From Zootoca vivipara (taxonomy: Eukaryota): 64,000 bases of DNA. The notes beneath the pieces were generated by a model. That model did not search any database and was not told the origin of the DNA. It saw only the letters and a list, made by a program, of their open reading frames with translations. Every line of letters starts with the position of its first letter. The first letter of the stretch is position 1. The DNA lies in NCBI RefSeq assembly GCF_963506605.1, contig NC_083281.1, positions 22,940,001-23,004,000 on the forward strand, written 5' to 3'. The position numbers and the translations under genes were made by a program. This document shows positions 1 through 14,200 of this stretch, in pieces.

Positions 1-1899
1 TCTCTTCGTGAATGGGGGAAGCTTGATGGCACTGGATTTGGCTGCAGAGATGGATGAGGGGCTATTTCAGGTGCAGGGGAACCCTTTGACCCTCCAGGTG
101 TTGGCTGAATGGCAACTCTCATCAGCCCCAGCTAGCCAGGGGCCAGGGACAAAGAGAATTGTAACCATCCCTTTCCACTGGCCATGCTGGCTGAGGCTGA
201 TGGGAACTGGAGTCCAACATTATTTAGAGGTCCCCAATCCCTGCTAGAGAAACAACTAGAGCACCATGCATCTTAACATCCAGTTCCTGTTTGAAAGCTG
301 CTTTTGGAGTAGCCAAAAGTACAGGGAGAAGACTCAAGCGAAGGGAAGTTTACATACCACCAATAAAACACTACCATCAATGCATGGAATCTAAGCGACA
401 GAACACAAAAGGGAAAAGAGATGGGGACAGAAGAGGAATAATTCCAACTTGTGCACCAATTCTTAAGTTAATTGTAGCTGGAATTGGGAACAGAAGAGCC
501 AAATGGAACTGGTCTTCCAGCAGAGCTGACGGAGAAGCCCTCATTCCCTTTATTCCATCTGCTGCAGCCTGATGGCATAGCTGCTGCCAGGTGACAGTTG
601 AGGGAGAAGCTAAATAGATCTGTAGTATAGCTTAGCTACAGTTCTGCCATATGTGTGGTTTAGCTCTGTTGGGAAAGATGAACACGCTTGTCTCATGCAC
701 TTGAAGCACATATTAGGAAATAGCTGTGTTGCTTTGGCATAGTTCCCAGGTAGCTCTCGATACAGAATGAATTCACTCCTTTATTTTTAAGTTTTCAAAA
801 AAAGCACTGAAAGTGTTGGGCAAACATTTCCTTCTGTCAGGATCTGATAATTCAGAAGCACATATTTACAGCTCTGTTGGGTGTCATATCTCTCCACTAC
901 TGTGCATCCTTAAATACTATAGCTTATATACTTCCTGTCAAGCAAGTCCCAGTATGTGGGATTTCACAAGTAAATTTGCATAGCTAGGGATTATGGGAGT
1001 TGTAGGCTTTCCTCCTCCCTGCTCTATAGCTGTACCTTGAAAGTTGGCAAGGCTGGCTCAAGAGTGATTTGTTTCTCCAGATTACCCAGATTTTCACGAG
1101 ACGTCCGTCATCCTAGTTCCTTATTCTAGACAGCAACTTCAGTTTCCAGACTAGGTATGACTGGCAAAATACCACTTGCAATATTAGTTTTTATTTTTTT
1201 AATAAAACATTGCTTTTTGGTGCTGCCTCCAATTGTTTTAAACAAACAACCAAACAATGTGTTGTTAATTGTGAACCAAACTGCTCAGTTCTGCCTTCAT
1301 TTAAAAGCATGTTCTGGTTTCATCCATTGCTGGGTAGAACAAGCAGCTAGCTGCAGGCTTACATCAAGAGCCACGTGGTTGGCCACAGTGAGAACAGGAT
1401 GCTGGGCTCCGGTGGACTATTGGCCTGATCCAGCAGAGCTCTTCTGTTAGGAAGTGGACTCTGGCTCCTGGAAGCTCATGCCACAATAAAAAAACACTTG
1501 TTGGTCTTGGCACCACAAGACTTGTTGATTTTGATGCCAACAGTCCTAACACATCAAACCCCTCTGGAAATTGTTTACCATGTAAGACGGGATATAATGA
1601 TGAGGATGACTATTAAATACTTTTCTACTCGCTCCCGAAACGAGCAATCATGCAATTTGTGGAAAGTGTGAGAGCCCTCATCATGATCTCACGGTACACC
1701 CCGTGTGTGTGTGTGTGAATGAAAATAAGGAAAACGGGGGCCAAAATAAGAGAAAGTTGCATGGAAGAGCTGCCCTGCCTTTGGCACGGCAGTAGGAACG
1801 GCCAGGCAGAATTTCAGCCGGTGCAGATTTCCTTCCTATCCGCAGCTTTGGCCAAAGCTTTACCTGCTGAACATCTTCCTGTTATGCTTGCTATTAAAA

Positions 1900-2960
1900 G
1901 AGCAGAGCTAGTCTCGGCTGACGGAGCCAGCGCATGCGCTCCGCCATCTCAGCCCTCCACTTCGCGGCTGGGATCGGAAACAGGAAAGAGCATGCGCATA
2001 AGCCCCCTTTTTTTCAACAAAGCGACGAAATCTATGGTCGGCACCATAGACTTAGACGAATCGGAGGCGGCCTCATGCAGGTGGCTACGCTTGCCCTATA
2101 ACTAACTCTATGGTAGAAGAGCCGTCCCACCTATCGTTAATGTCTTATTTGGGCGCATCGCGCCATTTACGTCGCATCAGGGCTGCCTAATATATTGCCT
2201 GAAAATAATAATCACGGAGTGTGCCCTTCTAGGGACCACAGAGGGGTAACTTCGAGACGGCTTCCTAGTCTCAGTCCATTCCTGTATCCGTGCCGCGAAT
2301 AAAAAGCTGCGGCGGCAACAAGATAAAAGTATGCGTATGGATATTAGTCAGGCGGATGTTTAGTCATCGCTCTACAGGAAATTCGCGAGGAAAGGCCTTG
2401 TTGGAGGAGGAAGGTCCCCGGAAGCAGGAAAAAAAAGTGTGGGGTAAAAAAAACGTAGAGAAAGGTGATGGTTGAGATATTCATTTTAAATTTTTCGTAT
2501 TGACAGGGGAGCCGAGCGGGCCTTTTCGAGAGAGGCTTTTCGTTGTTCCTTAAGGGCCGGGAGTGGAGAGATGGCAGAGGTAAGTGCCTGAGGAGGAGCT
2601 GGAACAGTCGAGGGACTGTCACTGGCGAGAGGTGAAGGTGGGAGACCTGACTGCGGGCGGAGGAAGAGGCTGCTCTGGACCGAGCCGCCGCGTAGGTGCC
2701 GGGGGGGGGGGAGGCGCCGCTAGCCTAGAAGAGGCTATGGTCCCCACAGCAGGCCATTCGGGGACATTAGCTCCCGGCGGCAGCAGCCGGCGTGGCCCAT
2801 GGCTAGGGATTGTGGGAGTTGTAGACCTACGAGGGCTTTCCCCTTCCCGGCTTGGTGGAGGAGGTGATATTGTGGGGCTGGGGGTGAGGTGAGCGCATTT
2901 GTGGGAGGGAGGAGGCTCTTCTTAGGAGACGGTCAGCGAGGAGGAAATGTTGGGGGCGGG
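1900..2960. promoter_or_regulatory. CpG-island promoter of ZNF576
   Basis: CpG-dense relative to its flanks. Contains NRF1-like GCGCATGCGC (1930-1939), YY1-like CGCCATTT (2161-2168), ETS core CCGGAAG (~2418) and repeated TCTATGGT. Includes the first coding exon and donor (ATG GCA GAG|GTAAGT, 2571-2585). Confidence 0.75.
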
Positions 2961-5184
2961 CGCAGATGTGTAGCACTTTATTAGTTAAAATAACCTTTCA
3001 AGCCACGTTGGGTGGTTGTTGTTGTGTTTATTAGCATGTTATATATTTTCACGTTTTTGGTTCATAAAGCACCATGTGATCCTTGAATGAAGTGTTTTAT
3101 AGAAATATAATAAATGATATGATGGTGATGATGATTACAAAAAACCTGGTAACCTGGTCCATGAAACTAGTAGTAGCCTCTTAGAATGTCCACATATACT
3201 TTTGCTAGCACAACGGTGGTCTTAAAAAGGCAACAACTGTACACTTGTGCATGTATTTTTCCTTGGAAGACAACACTTTCTGTTTGGTAATCATTTTGTA
3301 AGATATTCCATAATGTTTGCAAAGAAACAGCAACAACAAGAGTCCATCTGACTTCTAGTTTACAGGTGCCTCTTTGCTTGGTTGACCTGAAACAGTATGT
3401 TGAAAAAAGCTGCTTCGCTAACTGCTGTTTACATTTCCTGGAAGCAGAAGCTATGAGGAGCATCTCCTTTAAAAAGAAGTGCATCACACATGGGCATAAC
3501 CTGAGTTGTGTATGAGGAAGGGAGCCAAGAGGGATTGAGTCTTTTGCTCACAACTTGGTTTCATTCTTACAGGTAGCAATGGCTGATTCTTCTGCAGTTG
3601 GTACGCCACTGTTGACTGAGCAACTTCTTACAAAGGACTGCAATGGGCTTGATGTTTCAAAAGCCCAGGAGCATCTAACAGTCTGTAAGCCAGAGCCTAT
3701 CTGTGTAGAGGTGAGCTCCACAGTGCTGCCCCCTGTCTGCCCAGGCACAAATGACAGAGAAAAAGGACTCCCTAGCAATAGTGCAATCTGTGAGTACTAT
3801 GGTTTTGTTCTTGCTTTTAGAATTTAAACGATTCTCCAGCTGGTGAAAGAGAGTTTCTAGCACCCTGTTATAAACAACTATTAAAAAGTTGCATTAGAAA
3901 TTATAATCTTCTTCCTTTCAGTATGTTTCTCTGCCAGCATTCTGAAATATGAACAAGGATATGACTGCATGACATCATGAGACACAGGTTTTCTGCATGG
4001 CACCATTTGCAGTGCAGAGCGCCAGCTCTAGGTCCATGCATGCAACCCAATGTATTGCCCAGGTTCTGCAGTTTCCTAGCTTTCATTAAAAAAATGAGGG
4101 GAAAGCTTCTAGCTCTCATAATTATAGAGGAAAATCTTTAAAACTATTTAATACTTACTTTCAGGTAAGTAACCACCGCCTTTAGGTGAGGAATGCCTGT
4201 CCACTTCTATTGCCTATGTCACTTTCATCCTGATAGTTTGCATGTGAGGCCCTTCTCCTAATCAACTCTTCATTCTCCCTTTATCCCTGCTGGGGAACAG
4301 CCAAAGTGTTCCACAGCGATTACTTGACTGGAGAAACACAACAGTGTGTAAAGACAGCTGCTGCTTGGTATCTCCCCTCTCCCCACTTCTGCTATCACTC
4401 TTCAACAGTTGCTGAAGGAGGAGTGTAGCTTATGCAACCACCTCAATAGCTTGTTTACAATGCTGACTTAAGCCTACATAGCTTGCGTAGTCCGAAGGTT
4501 GTGAGAATGAATAGTGTCCTGCTGATGAAAAACTGATTGCCAGGAAGGCAGACTTTTCATGGCATTCTATCCACCTGTTTCTCCTTCTCTTCAGGGAGGT
4601 TCTGCAAAGTAAACTGCAGGTTCTGCCAGGCCCTGCTTGATTCCCTGTGTTTCTCTTCATCTCCAGACAGCCTGGGTGCCAATCAGTGTTTTCACTGCCT
4701 GATCACCTTCCCAGATGAGAAGTTCAAGGAGCGGCACATGAAGCGGGAGCACCCGGAGGACTTTGTTCAGGCCAATCTGCGTGATGCTCTTTTTGTCTGC
4801 TTCATATGTAACAAGGCCTTTGAGAGTTCTCGTGCACTCATCTGCCACCAGCGGGGCCATGCGCCAGCCCCGCCTTCTGACTCTACTGACTGCTTGCGCC
4901 CTACCTTTGACTGCCATGACTGTGGCCGCCGCTTCAGCCAGTTGGCCAACTACCAGCGTCACCGCCTGGGCCATGCTGCGGGCCACAGCTTGCCTCACCA
5001 GTGTCCGGACTGTGGCAAGAGCTTCCGACAGCTTTCAAACTTGCGTCGGCACCAGGCTTTCCACCAGCAGACCCAGGAGTTGCTGCCCTCCCTCCCCTAT
5101 TCCTGCATGGAGTGTGGGGAGAGCTTTAACCAGGAGGCTGGGCTGCATGAACACTACATCCGCCATGCCCGTGGGGAGCTCTAA
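2571..5184 (+). CDS. ZNF576: Zinc finger protein 576 (C2H2), 3 coding exons, ~247 aa
   Basis: Exons 2571-2579, 3573-3789 and 4667-5184 join with GT-AG sites in phases 0 and 1 (744 nt). The last exon encodes CLITFPDEKFKERHMKREHPEDF...CMECGESFNQEAGLHEHYIRHARGEL, closely matching recalled human ZNF576 (CLITFADSKFQERHMKREHPADF...HYIRHARGEL). An alternative start at ATG 3579 is possible. Confidence 0.92.
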
Positions 5185-6409
5185 TATAAGCTGTAGCTTC
5201 GTATCTATTCCCTGGATCCAGGTGGAGGCAGGAAGATGACAGGCATTGCTGTGTGAGATGCAGAGCCAGAATGAGGCAAGGAACAGGATTGACGGGTCCT
5301 TTCTGGTTGAGAAACAGAAGGGGGAAGTCGCTGTTTTTAGGAGGTGTTACATCTGGTTTTGCTCCAGCCAGGAAGAATAGTTGGTACAGGGATATAAGCA
5401 AAGCTGTATTTTCCTTATAGGAAGTGCTGTCTCCATAGAGTGAGGATAACTGAAGGGCTGAGGATGGGAATATTCACTTTTAGGAGATGCTGACTTCCAC
5501 CTAGTTCATGGCAAGATTTGCTGCTGGTCAAAGGGGTGGGAAACTTCCATCAGTATTTTGCCTTTTCTAGATGCTCGGCTGTCATGAAGGGCACACTTTT
5601 TGCACTCCCACCTGCCCAAGCTTGGAATTTCTGGGTAGCCTTGCAGAGAACCTGCTTGCTTCCTGCAGAAGGTTGGGAAGAGTTAACTGTTTGAGGGTGC
5701 AGAGTAGAAGTTAAGTCAGCCGATTAAACTTTACAAGTGCTTTTTATAGGGAGAGAATTCAAGTGAGAAGATTCACTTGTTTTTTAAACCTGAACTATAC
5801 ACAGCTTTGGGTTTGAGCCAACCCCTTCATTTGTGAGTATCCTGATTGGATTCTCTACTCAAGTGAGAGATTGGGAGGCAGAAGACCAGTGCTCCCCCCC
5901 GGGGGGTACTGAAGGTTACGCAATACAAGCACCTTTTCTTTTCCTAAAGAAAAGCACTGGTTAAAAACATGGCACTTAATGTAACAACTTCATGGTGAAT
6001 ACTGGCACTTTTTCCTTTTTTTTTTTAGAAGCACTGCAGAAGACAGTATAAATTATGTTCCTCAGCTCTGTGTACAATACCAGAAGCACCTCTTAGGCTC
6101 TCAATAGGCCAGCAGTGGAGAATCTTTTTCCTGTTGATGGCTGCACTCCCTTGAGGGAGGGAGGCAGAGTCAAAAGTGGGCAGGGCCACCTCTCTCCTCT
6201 CCTTCCTTTTCCTTCCCCTCTCAGCAGGCTGCTGGGGGAACTACTTATCTGTGCTTCCCAGAGATCTGAGCCAGTGTATTGCAGTCTCTCTGCTACCTCC
6301 ATCCATTTCAGCCTTCCTTCTGTATTTCCCCCTTCCTGCCCTCTTTCCCCAGACATTAGGCTGCATGATATTCTGCTGAAGTCCGCCGATTACCCACTCC
6401 TGACACAGA

Positions 6410-6532
6410 CATTGCCATTTATGGTGAGGTACCAAACTGCGGGAGGCAGTGGAAGACAGGAGTGCCTGGTGTGCTCTGGTCCATGGGGTCACGAAGAGTC
6501 GGAGATGACTAAATGACTAAACAACAACAACG
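6410..6532 (+). mobile_element. BovB / Sauria-SINE-type 3' tail fragment
   Basis: ...GTCCATGGGGTCACGAAGAGTCGGA...ACTAAACAACAACAAC is the same tail seen in the BovB copies at 37.9 and 43.2 kb. Confidence 0.65.
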
Positions 6533-7399
6533 ATTTCTCCATCCCCCTCCTTGTCCCTCGGGGAAAACATATGCCTTGAAAAGAAAATGGTGGAGCGGTA
6601 TATACTTACACTCCAGTGTGTTTGCTACCCAACATGGAGCAGATTATGCTGGCTCTTCTGGCCAGTGCAATGTGTTAGAAACTTGACAGCCCCATGCTGT
6701 CCACTTGGTGGCACTGCCAGCTAGAAATTGAAAGCATAGTCTCCATTCCAAGGCACCTAACACTAAAAAATAAATCTCCTCTGTACTGAGTCACTATATA
6801 TACTGAGTCATTGGTCTGCTTGGCCCAGTACTGTTTTTGTCAGCTGACATTTGAGAACATTCTCAAATCCCAGATCCTTTTAAACTGGTGATGATGCGGA
6901 TGGAACATGAGACCTTCCGTTCTCCCGAAACTGAGCTGTGAACACTGCTAAACCATGCTGGATCACATGGAAAGGCTTTTGCTCGCCCAAATAGGCACTT
7001 TGGCCCCTCCCGCACTATAACCTGCCGTGTTATATGGCTTTAAATTGTCATGGCTTCCTCCCAAAGGATCCTGGGAACTGCTGTTTATTATGGGTGCTGT
7101 GAGCTGTTAGGAGATCTTTAATCCCCTCACAGAGCTACATTTCCCAGAGTTGACTAGGGGGAGGGATTGATTGTTAAACCACACTGGGAACTGTAGCTTT
7201 GTGAAGGGAATAGGGATCTCCTTACAGCTTTCAGCACCTATAACCAAGTAGGATGTTTGGGGGAAGATCTATGACTGTTTATAGTAGTAAAATACTGCTT
7301 ATGGAGCCTCAAATTCAGTTCCTGGTCCTTTTCATTTTATAATTATTTTTTCCTGATAATAAAACAGCTCATGATTTCTTTATTTCCCCACTAATGCAA

Positions 7400-7507
7400 C
7401 ACTACTACTACTACTACTACTACTAGTTATTAATGATGACTCTTTCCCATTAAAATAATTTTTGTGGGTGTCTTGAGAGAGCTGTATCCCCATTTATATA
7501 ATAATAC

Positions 7508-7539
<32 letters not shown>

Positions 7540-7545
7540 CTAATA
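7400..7545. repeat. (TAC)n and (TAA)n microsatellites
   Basis: Seen directly; the TAA run is the tail of the adjacent L2. Confidence 0.85.
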
Positions 7546-7830
7546 ATTTATTATTTATACCCCGCCCATCTGGCCGGGTTCCCCCAGCCACTCTGGGCGG
7601 CTTCCAACAAAACATTAAAATACAGAAATCCATCAAACATTAAAAGCTTCCCTAAACAGGGCTGCCTTAAGATGCCTTCTAAAGGTCTGGTAATTGTTGT
7701 TCTCTTTGACCTCTGGTGGGAGGGCATTCCACAGGGTGGGTGCCCCTACTGAGAAGGCCCTCTGCCTGGTTCCCTGTAACTTAGCTTCTAGTAGCGAGGG
7801 AACCGCCAGAAGGCCCTCAGCACTGGACCT
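7545..7830 (-). mobile_element. L2-clade LINE 3' fragment
   Basis: The minus strand encodes RAFSVGAPTLWNALPPEVK...FRRHLKAALFREAF, a typical L2 ORF2 C-terminus. Near-identical copies lie at ~32.6, 34.3, 40.3 and 50.8 kb. Confidence 0.8.
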
Positions 7831-8406
7831 CTTGTCATTGCACTTGTCATTGCCATTATTCATATATTACTACAGGGCTATACAAATACCTGTGCTAGAG
7901 GAGCACAGCAGAAAGCTCAGTATGTGAATTCGTAAAATAAAACTGAAAAATGTTAACAGTGATTTGCGTGCACACATCTAATGTGGGGTAATGAGTTGTT
8001 GCTTTTTACTCATTGATTACACAAACACTAGCCAATAGGTGCCTGTCATACTCTCAGCCACATTCCACCCAGCACATAATGGATGTTTTAGCGGGAGGAC
8101 AATTGCTTAGCAATGAAATGTGTCTTAAAAGCAGGGAAGTATGCTATGCCCATAAATAGTAGGGCTACTAGAAGTGTCTGGGTGCACGTCCCAAGTTCTG
8201 TCTTCATCCATCTTCAGGTAGGGCTTGGAGAAGCCCTGTCTGAAATCTTGGAGAGCTGTTTCCCATCCATCTAGGCAAGACTTAACTGAGATGGACCATT
8301 GGTTCTGACTCTGTAGAAGGCAGCTTCCTATGCTCCCCATATTTACCTGCGTGGGACTGTTTTGTTCTCCTTCTGCGCAAGCGAACAAGCCAGGAAGTCA
8401 GTTAGC

Positions 8407-8434
<28 letters not shown>
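8407..8434. repeat. (CA)n microsatellite
   Basis: Seen directly. Confidence 0.9.
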
Positions 8435-8438
<4 letters not shown>

Positions 8439-9039
8439 CCTTTCCAGATCAAAGCACACAACCTGTTTTTTAAAGTGCTTCCTTGATGGCACACATAGCT
8501 AATCAGAAGTACTTAAATAGAACCTTGATCTCCTCCGGAAATAATGATTTATGTTCACCAACAAGAAAATAATGTTTGGATTTGTGTGGTGTCACATTAA
8601 TGTAGGAAAAGACAAGTCTAGCATGCTTTGGGAGGGAGATGGATGGGTAGGAAGTCACCAGTAGCCTGCTCCTATCTGAGCCAAGAGCTACAGTAAGTTT
8701 CCCCAAAGTTTTATGGCAATATTGTGAACTTTTAATCAATAGTGGCTTCTGGGATGTATAAATATAGCTACTGGTCTTTTTAAGTTAAGGGGGCAGGAAC
8801 GTTACTTGTGACAACAATGAATTTGTTCTGGAAGTCATCCAAAGATGACACGGGGGGGGGGTCCCTTCCAATTCTACAGTTCTATGATTTGGTATCTCAA
8901 TACAGCAATGAAAATGTTGCTTGAATTGGTCAGCAAGGCAGGGATGGGGAACCTGGGATTAGACTGCATCTCCCACAATTAAAGACCAGTGGCCATGGCA
9001 GGACTTAGATAGATACCACCCTGTATATGCTAGTGCAGA

Positions 9040-9170
9040 ACAGGGTTTCCGAAACTTGGATCTCCAGCTGTTTTTGGACAACTACATCCCTAGCTAGCAG
9101 GACCAGTGGTTAGGGATGATGGGAATTGTCATCCAAAAGCAGCTGGAGACCCAAGTTTGGGAAACCCTGG
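9040..9170. mobile_element. Palindromic hAT-type MITE
   Basis: Long terminal inverted repeats CAGGGTTTCC...GGAAACCCTG; same family as the copies at 24.8 and 61.7 kb. Confidence 0.75.
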
Positions 9171-11204
9171 TGTAAAATTAATAACCAAGTAAAGATTTCA
9201 ATCTCACCTCCATATAACATCAACATTTCCCACCGTTTCACAACTTTATTTATTGTATAGGTAACAGCAAGCGATGCCACATAAACAACAGTTCTTGCAT
9301 TGGGCTGAGCAAGTGCCGGGTGACAGACTCGCGAATCAACAGCTGTTGGGGCTCCACCCCAGCATCAGCATCCTATTACTGAGCAAGCAATTTATAAGGA
9401 ATTGCAGGCTGATCTGGCAGCAAGTGCTTGCAGCATGACTTAACAAATACATATGAAGCCACAGATAATGAGTGGCTGACTAATCACTCTTCCTAGCGCC
9501 CATCAACAACTTGTGTTTACCTTTAAAACAAAAACAAAAAACCTGGTTTGAACAACGGAAAAGCCTCTGAGACTCCATTCCCAATACAGGCTCGGTGGCT
9601 TTTCTGTTCCTTGAAAGAACAAATACTTCTGAAAAGGAAGAACACATTTCAATCCCTCTGTGTGCATAGGTCAGTGTCCCAGAAGAAAAGAAAAGAGGCA
9701 CACCTAGTTTTGTGCAAACAGAGGTTTTGCACTTTCATTCTCCCACCTCCACTTCCTGTCTGCCATTCAAAGCCAAGCAAGGGTTGGGCTGTGATTTTAG
9801 GTATTTGTTTGTTTCTAAACCAAGGCCAAGTAGTGCTCCTAAGGCAGCATGCTTTTTGCATGTTGAAAGTTACTCTCAATCATAACAATTAGTCAAAAGT
9901 TGCTCGTCAGAGGGTTCTTGAATTCACAAGTTGTGGCTGGTGGTGCCCACTGGGGATAGAAGGCAGCGACACCAGCAGTAGATGGAGCCTGAGCCAATGA
10001 GCACCAAATAAAATTGTCTTCCTCCTCCTCCTTTTGAGTTCCGCAAAGGCAACACTGAAATAGAGGAGAAGGAAGCTGGCAGCCATGGACACACTCGGCA
10101 TTGGTGGGGCAATGCTCCACTTGACCAGTGCCAGCCTCCGCTGTAAGTAAGATTATTGAAACAGCAAGATCACACAGTAAGCAACCAAAGACAAGGAAAC
10201 ACAAGGAGAGGTGGAAGGGAGGGAACAGGAACCCAGCGGGCTCTGCCCTGCGGCTGAGGTTACAATGTGCAACATTTCTGCCTACTTGGTTTGAACTGGG
10301 CAGCAAGGAGCGTTTAGACGACCGTCCTCTCTTCCATTCATTACAGTCCTAAAACAATAACCGGCACACTTGCAGGAGGACATTTTTAAGGCAAGACTAG
10401 TGTGAGCCTAATGGATTGGTAAGCACTGCAAAAGGACAATGAATGACTCTCACAGGCAATGCTTAACTGCATGTGCTGAGTTCAGAAAGGATTTGTTTTC
10501 ATCTGGCTCCATTAAAAAAATAATAATAATGTAAGATGGTAAAGTTGTCTCTGTGTTAGGCTTGCCATATGTCAAGAACATTCAGGACATGTCCTGGTTT
10601 TCAGGTGTAAAAATGGCAAAAATGTTGAATCTGCGAAATGTCAGGGAAAACCTGGATGTATGGCAAAGCAATGGAATAAACAGCAAAAACAGCTCCAAAA
10701 GCTTTAAATCGCTATTTTCGGGGGAGGTTTCCCCAAAGAAGCTCAATAATTCTGGGGTCTCAACAACTTTGTGCATACTATACAACTGGGGGCTTACAGA
10801 ACTGACTCTTCATCCCCTCCCCTGACCAAAAACAGCTCCCTCCCAACAGAAGGCTGGTGTTGTCAAGAAATAGCATAGCCTTCTCAACAGATAGTTATGG
10901 GGAATCGTGTGACACCCATCTTCCATGGCTAAAGTGATGCAACCCAGTGTGTCGCTTCTCATCTCGGCGACTAGACCCCCCTTCTCATAGCCAAGTTCTG
11001 CCACAAGTCTTGGTCTCAGAGGGTCATGATGGGATATAACCAAGGCAGCTGGACGCTCTACTTTTAAAAATCCATCATAACGCCACTGTCCTTGGAGACC
11101 CTTGGCCTTGTTCCTTCTCATCCTCCTTATGCTCTACGTGGATAGGTTATATTGTTAAGGGTGGTGTGCAGTGTCGCACCCTCTAAATCAGTTCCTACCC
11201 AGCT

Positions 11205-14200
11205 CTATTTCTCTGTGTAGGCCAGCAGCAGCACCGCCTCTGCATTCTCAGACAGTTCCACCACAGCTCGCTTCAACATCTGGTAGGTGGACTCAAAGGA
11301 GATTTCGGGCTCTATCTTGACACCCCGCCCCAAATAGGGCACATAGCTCCATGCCCAGCTGGTCAGGGAGGCCGGCTTGGTGATGAGGCTGAGCACATAC
11401 GCAGAGTCCAGTGGTTTAGCAAAGGGGCTCCGGATCACCCCCTGAAGCAGGCGGGGGCTTGTGCTGGTAGCCTGGGCAGTGTGCTCTAAGGAGGCCTCAT
11501 CCAGGCCAAACTCTATGCAGAAGCTGGCAATGGTGGCGGTGAGGTTGTCGACCACAGCCGGCTGAGGATGCTCCACACAGAAGAGGCAGCTCTGAAGGGC
11601 CTTTCCCCACACATCTTTCATCAACACCTTGGCCTTCCGCCTAACCACTCGGGATAGGACGGTCGGCAGGGCTTTCCTCAGAGCTTTTGTCTTCAAATCC
11701 GGAGCGGAGCTGCTGAGGGCTCCCAGGAGGAGCGGCAAGTCGAAGGTGTCTGGCTTGAGGCAGGAGACCAGGAAGACCTGTGGGGAGTCCACGCCATCCT
11801 TCTTCAGAGCTTCCTCGCAGCTCTTCTGCACCTGACCCTGCACTTCCTCTTTGGCGACGGGTTGGCTCCCAGGCCGGGTCTCCACATCCACATCTATCTT
11901 GCTCCTCACAAAGAAGAACTGCTTCCCTGCTGAGGTGATGGCTCTGGCCAGGCAGCTGTGGGTGTGCTTATAGCGCTCGGAGGCCACCAGCAGGAAGAAG
12001 TCGTAGCGGCTGAGATCCAGGTGGCTCACACCTTCCTCTGTCAGCCCCACTCCTGGCAAGTCCCAAAGGTAAAGGTTGGGGACAACTGGGAGTAGGTAGG
12101 GCATGGCTTTCCTCGTCATCTCAGTCACCCCAGTGGGGGCCGCATCCGGTTCCCCACAGCCCACCCCTCTCAGAGCATTAACCAGCGAGGACTTCCCTGA
12201 GCCAACTTCTCCTATCACGGCGACATCCAGTCGTATTTGTGTGGGGTCCGTCAACACGGATGAGATCACAGTTGGGACTTCTGACAAGCTGCCGCCCTGG
12301 CAGATTGCGTACAGCTCCTTAATCTTCTTCTGACTCACCTTGTTCAAATCCTCCAGGTTCCCATCGTGAGTTCTAGAGAGAAGTGAGAACAGAATAATAA
12401 ATATCCACAGTCCGGGGCTGCGTTTCCTCAGGAGTTGCACGCTGGCAGTTGGCAAGGCCGAACTGGGGTCGGAGGGGATAGCCAACCCATTGGTATTTCT
12501 GCAGCAGGGTCCCAGCACACTCCCTGCCTCCAGCTTCCTAGGGCCACCCAATGAGAAGGAAAGGCGAGCTTTTTAGCTACGGTATGTTCCAAAGTGAAGC
12601 GCTTAGGAACACTGAAAAGGTAAGGTGCTCCCATTTCAAGAGAATGGGCTGCAAGTTCTGTTATGCACAATGGGACTTCGAGGAAAACACAACTCCAAAA
12701 GAAGATATTGGAGGACTCCAATTCATTGCCCGTGTAAATAGCAGATCTAGCTAAAAGGTAACACACGGAGATCTGCATTGATTGTTTCAGTGCATCCCTA
12801 ATTATGATTATTATTGTAAAATAATTATAAGATGGTTGGCATGGTCTTAGAAGAAAGCATGGCTGTGAGGGGCCATCTTCAAATATCTAATGGACTGTCA
12901 CATAGAAGAAGATGGAGCAAGCTTGTTTTCTCCTGCTCTGGAGGGCAGGGCTCAAACCAATGGATTCAAGTTCCACGAAAGGAGATTCCAACTAAACATG
13001 GGGGGAAACTCTGATAGTAAGAGCTGTTTGGCAGTGGAAAAGACTCTCTCGGGAGGTGGTAGACTCCTTTCATTGGGGGTAAACAATGCAATATTTGCAA
13101 AGCACAATCTAGTGCAGGTGTGGGGAACTTTCGGTACTCCAGAGTTTGCTGAACTACAGCTCCCATCATCCCTAGCAATCGGCCTTTCCTCCTAGGGATT
13201 ATGGGAGTCGAAGTTCCCCAGATTTGTCACTGACGTATATTATGAGATACCACCAAAACGAAATTTGAGAAGCTTTTCCCCGTCTCCAGAGTTCACAGAA
13301 CTGTATGAAAGGGAACCCTGTTTTCAAGAATTTATCCTATTCTATTCCACCTATTGCTTTTTCACATTCCTGCCTTAGCTAATCCCAGCTGCCACATTCT
13401 GATGTTCCACTGGTCCTATTCTAGAAAGAAAGCTCATGACCCAAAAGCTTTAGCAGCAAGGTCCCCCCCCCCCGCTGTATTTTTTTTTTTGTGCTACTGA
13501 AAAAAGTTAGGGCTCCACCAAGCCTGCTAGTATCTTCGTTTGCAGGCGGCACATAGCCCTAACAACTTGCAGCTTGAACAAACACTTTTGCATGTCTACA
13601 TTCTGAGCAGCTGAATGATCCCTCCTACGGTGCAGCCACACCAGAATTATCTGCCTTTAGAAGAGCCTGGATGAAAGGACAGGACAGCAACTCATTTAGG
13701 GATGCAACAGGCAACCTCCTTTGCAGAAGGACTCTGGACTTACAGGAGCCTTTCATTACCTAATTTCCTTTTTATTTTCCAGGGCTTGTTAGGACCATTC
13801 TTATGGGACACAGCCTCCTCTTTTCAACAGTGGGGGAAAGAACACAGAAGCCAGATACAAACAACACAAACTACCTGTACTTTTTGGAAACAAATGGAGA
13901 AATTTTTGTTTCAACTAGCTTTTCTAGCTAGACGGCAAGGTTTCTGCCTTTTAAAACCAGGGTGGATTTGATTTAAATCAAATCGATTTAAATCACAATT
14001 TAAATCACTAGTCAGTAAGACTTGATTCAAATCATTTTTTTTACAGAAAGACTCATTCTTGCTGGTATAATCTTAATATTTACAACCAGATGAAGGTTTC
14101 ATTTTTGGAATAATAAATTTTCAGAGTTGTTTTTACAGTTATATAAAAAATTACTGATTTGGTTATACTATTAGAAATACATAGACAGATAATTATGAAA

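Noticed and set aside
12373-12551. N-terminal 60 codons of the 448-aa IRG ORF
   Set aside because: Intronic read-through upstream of the acceptor at 12373-12374; the apparent hydrophobic stretch is the polypyrimidine tract.
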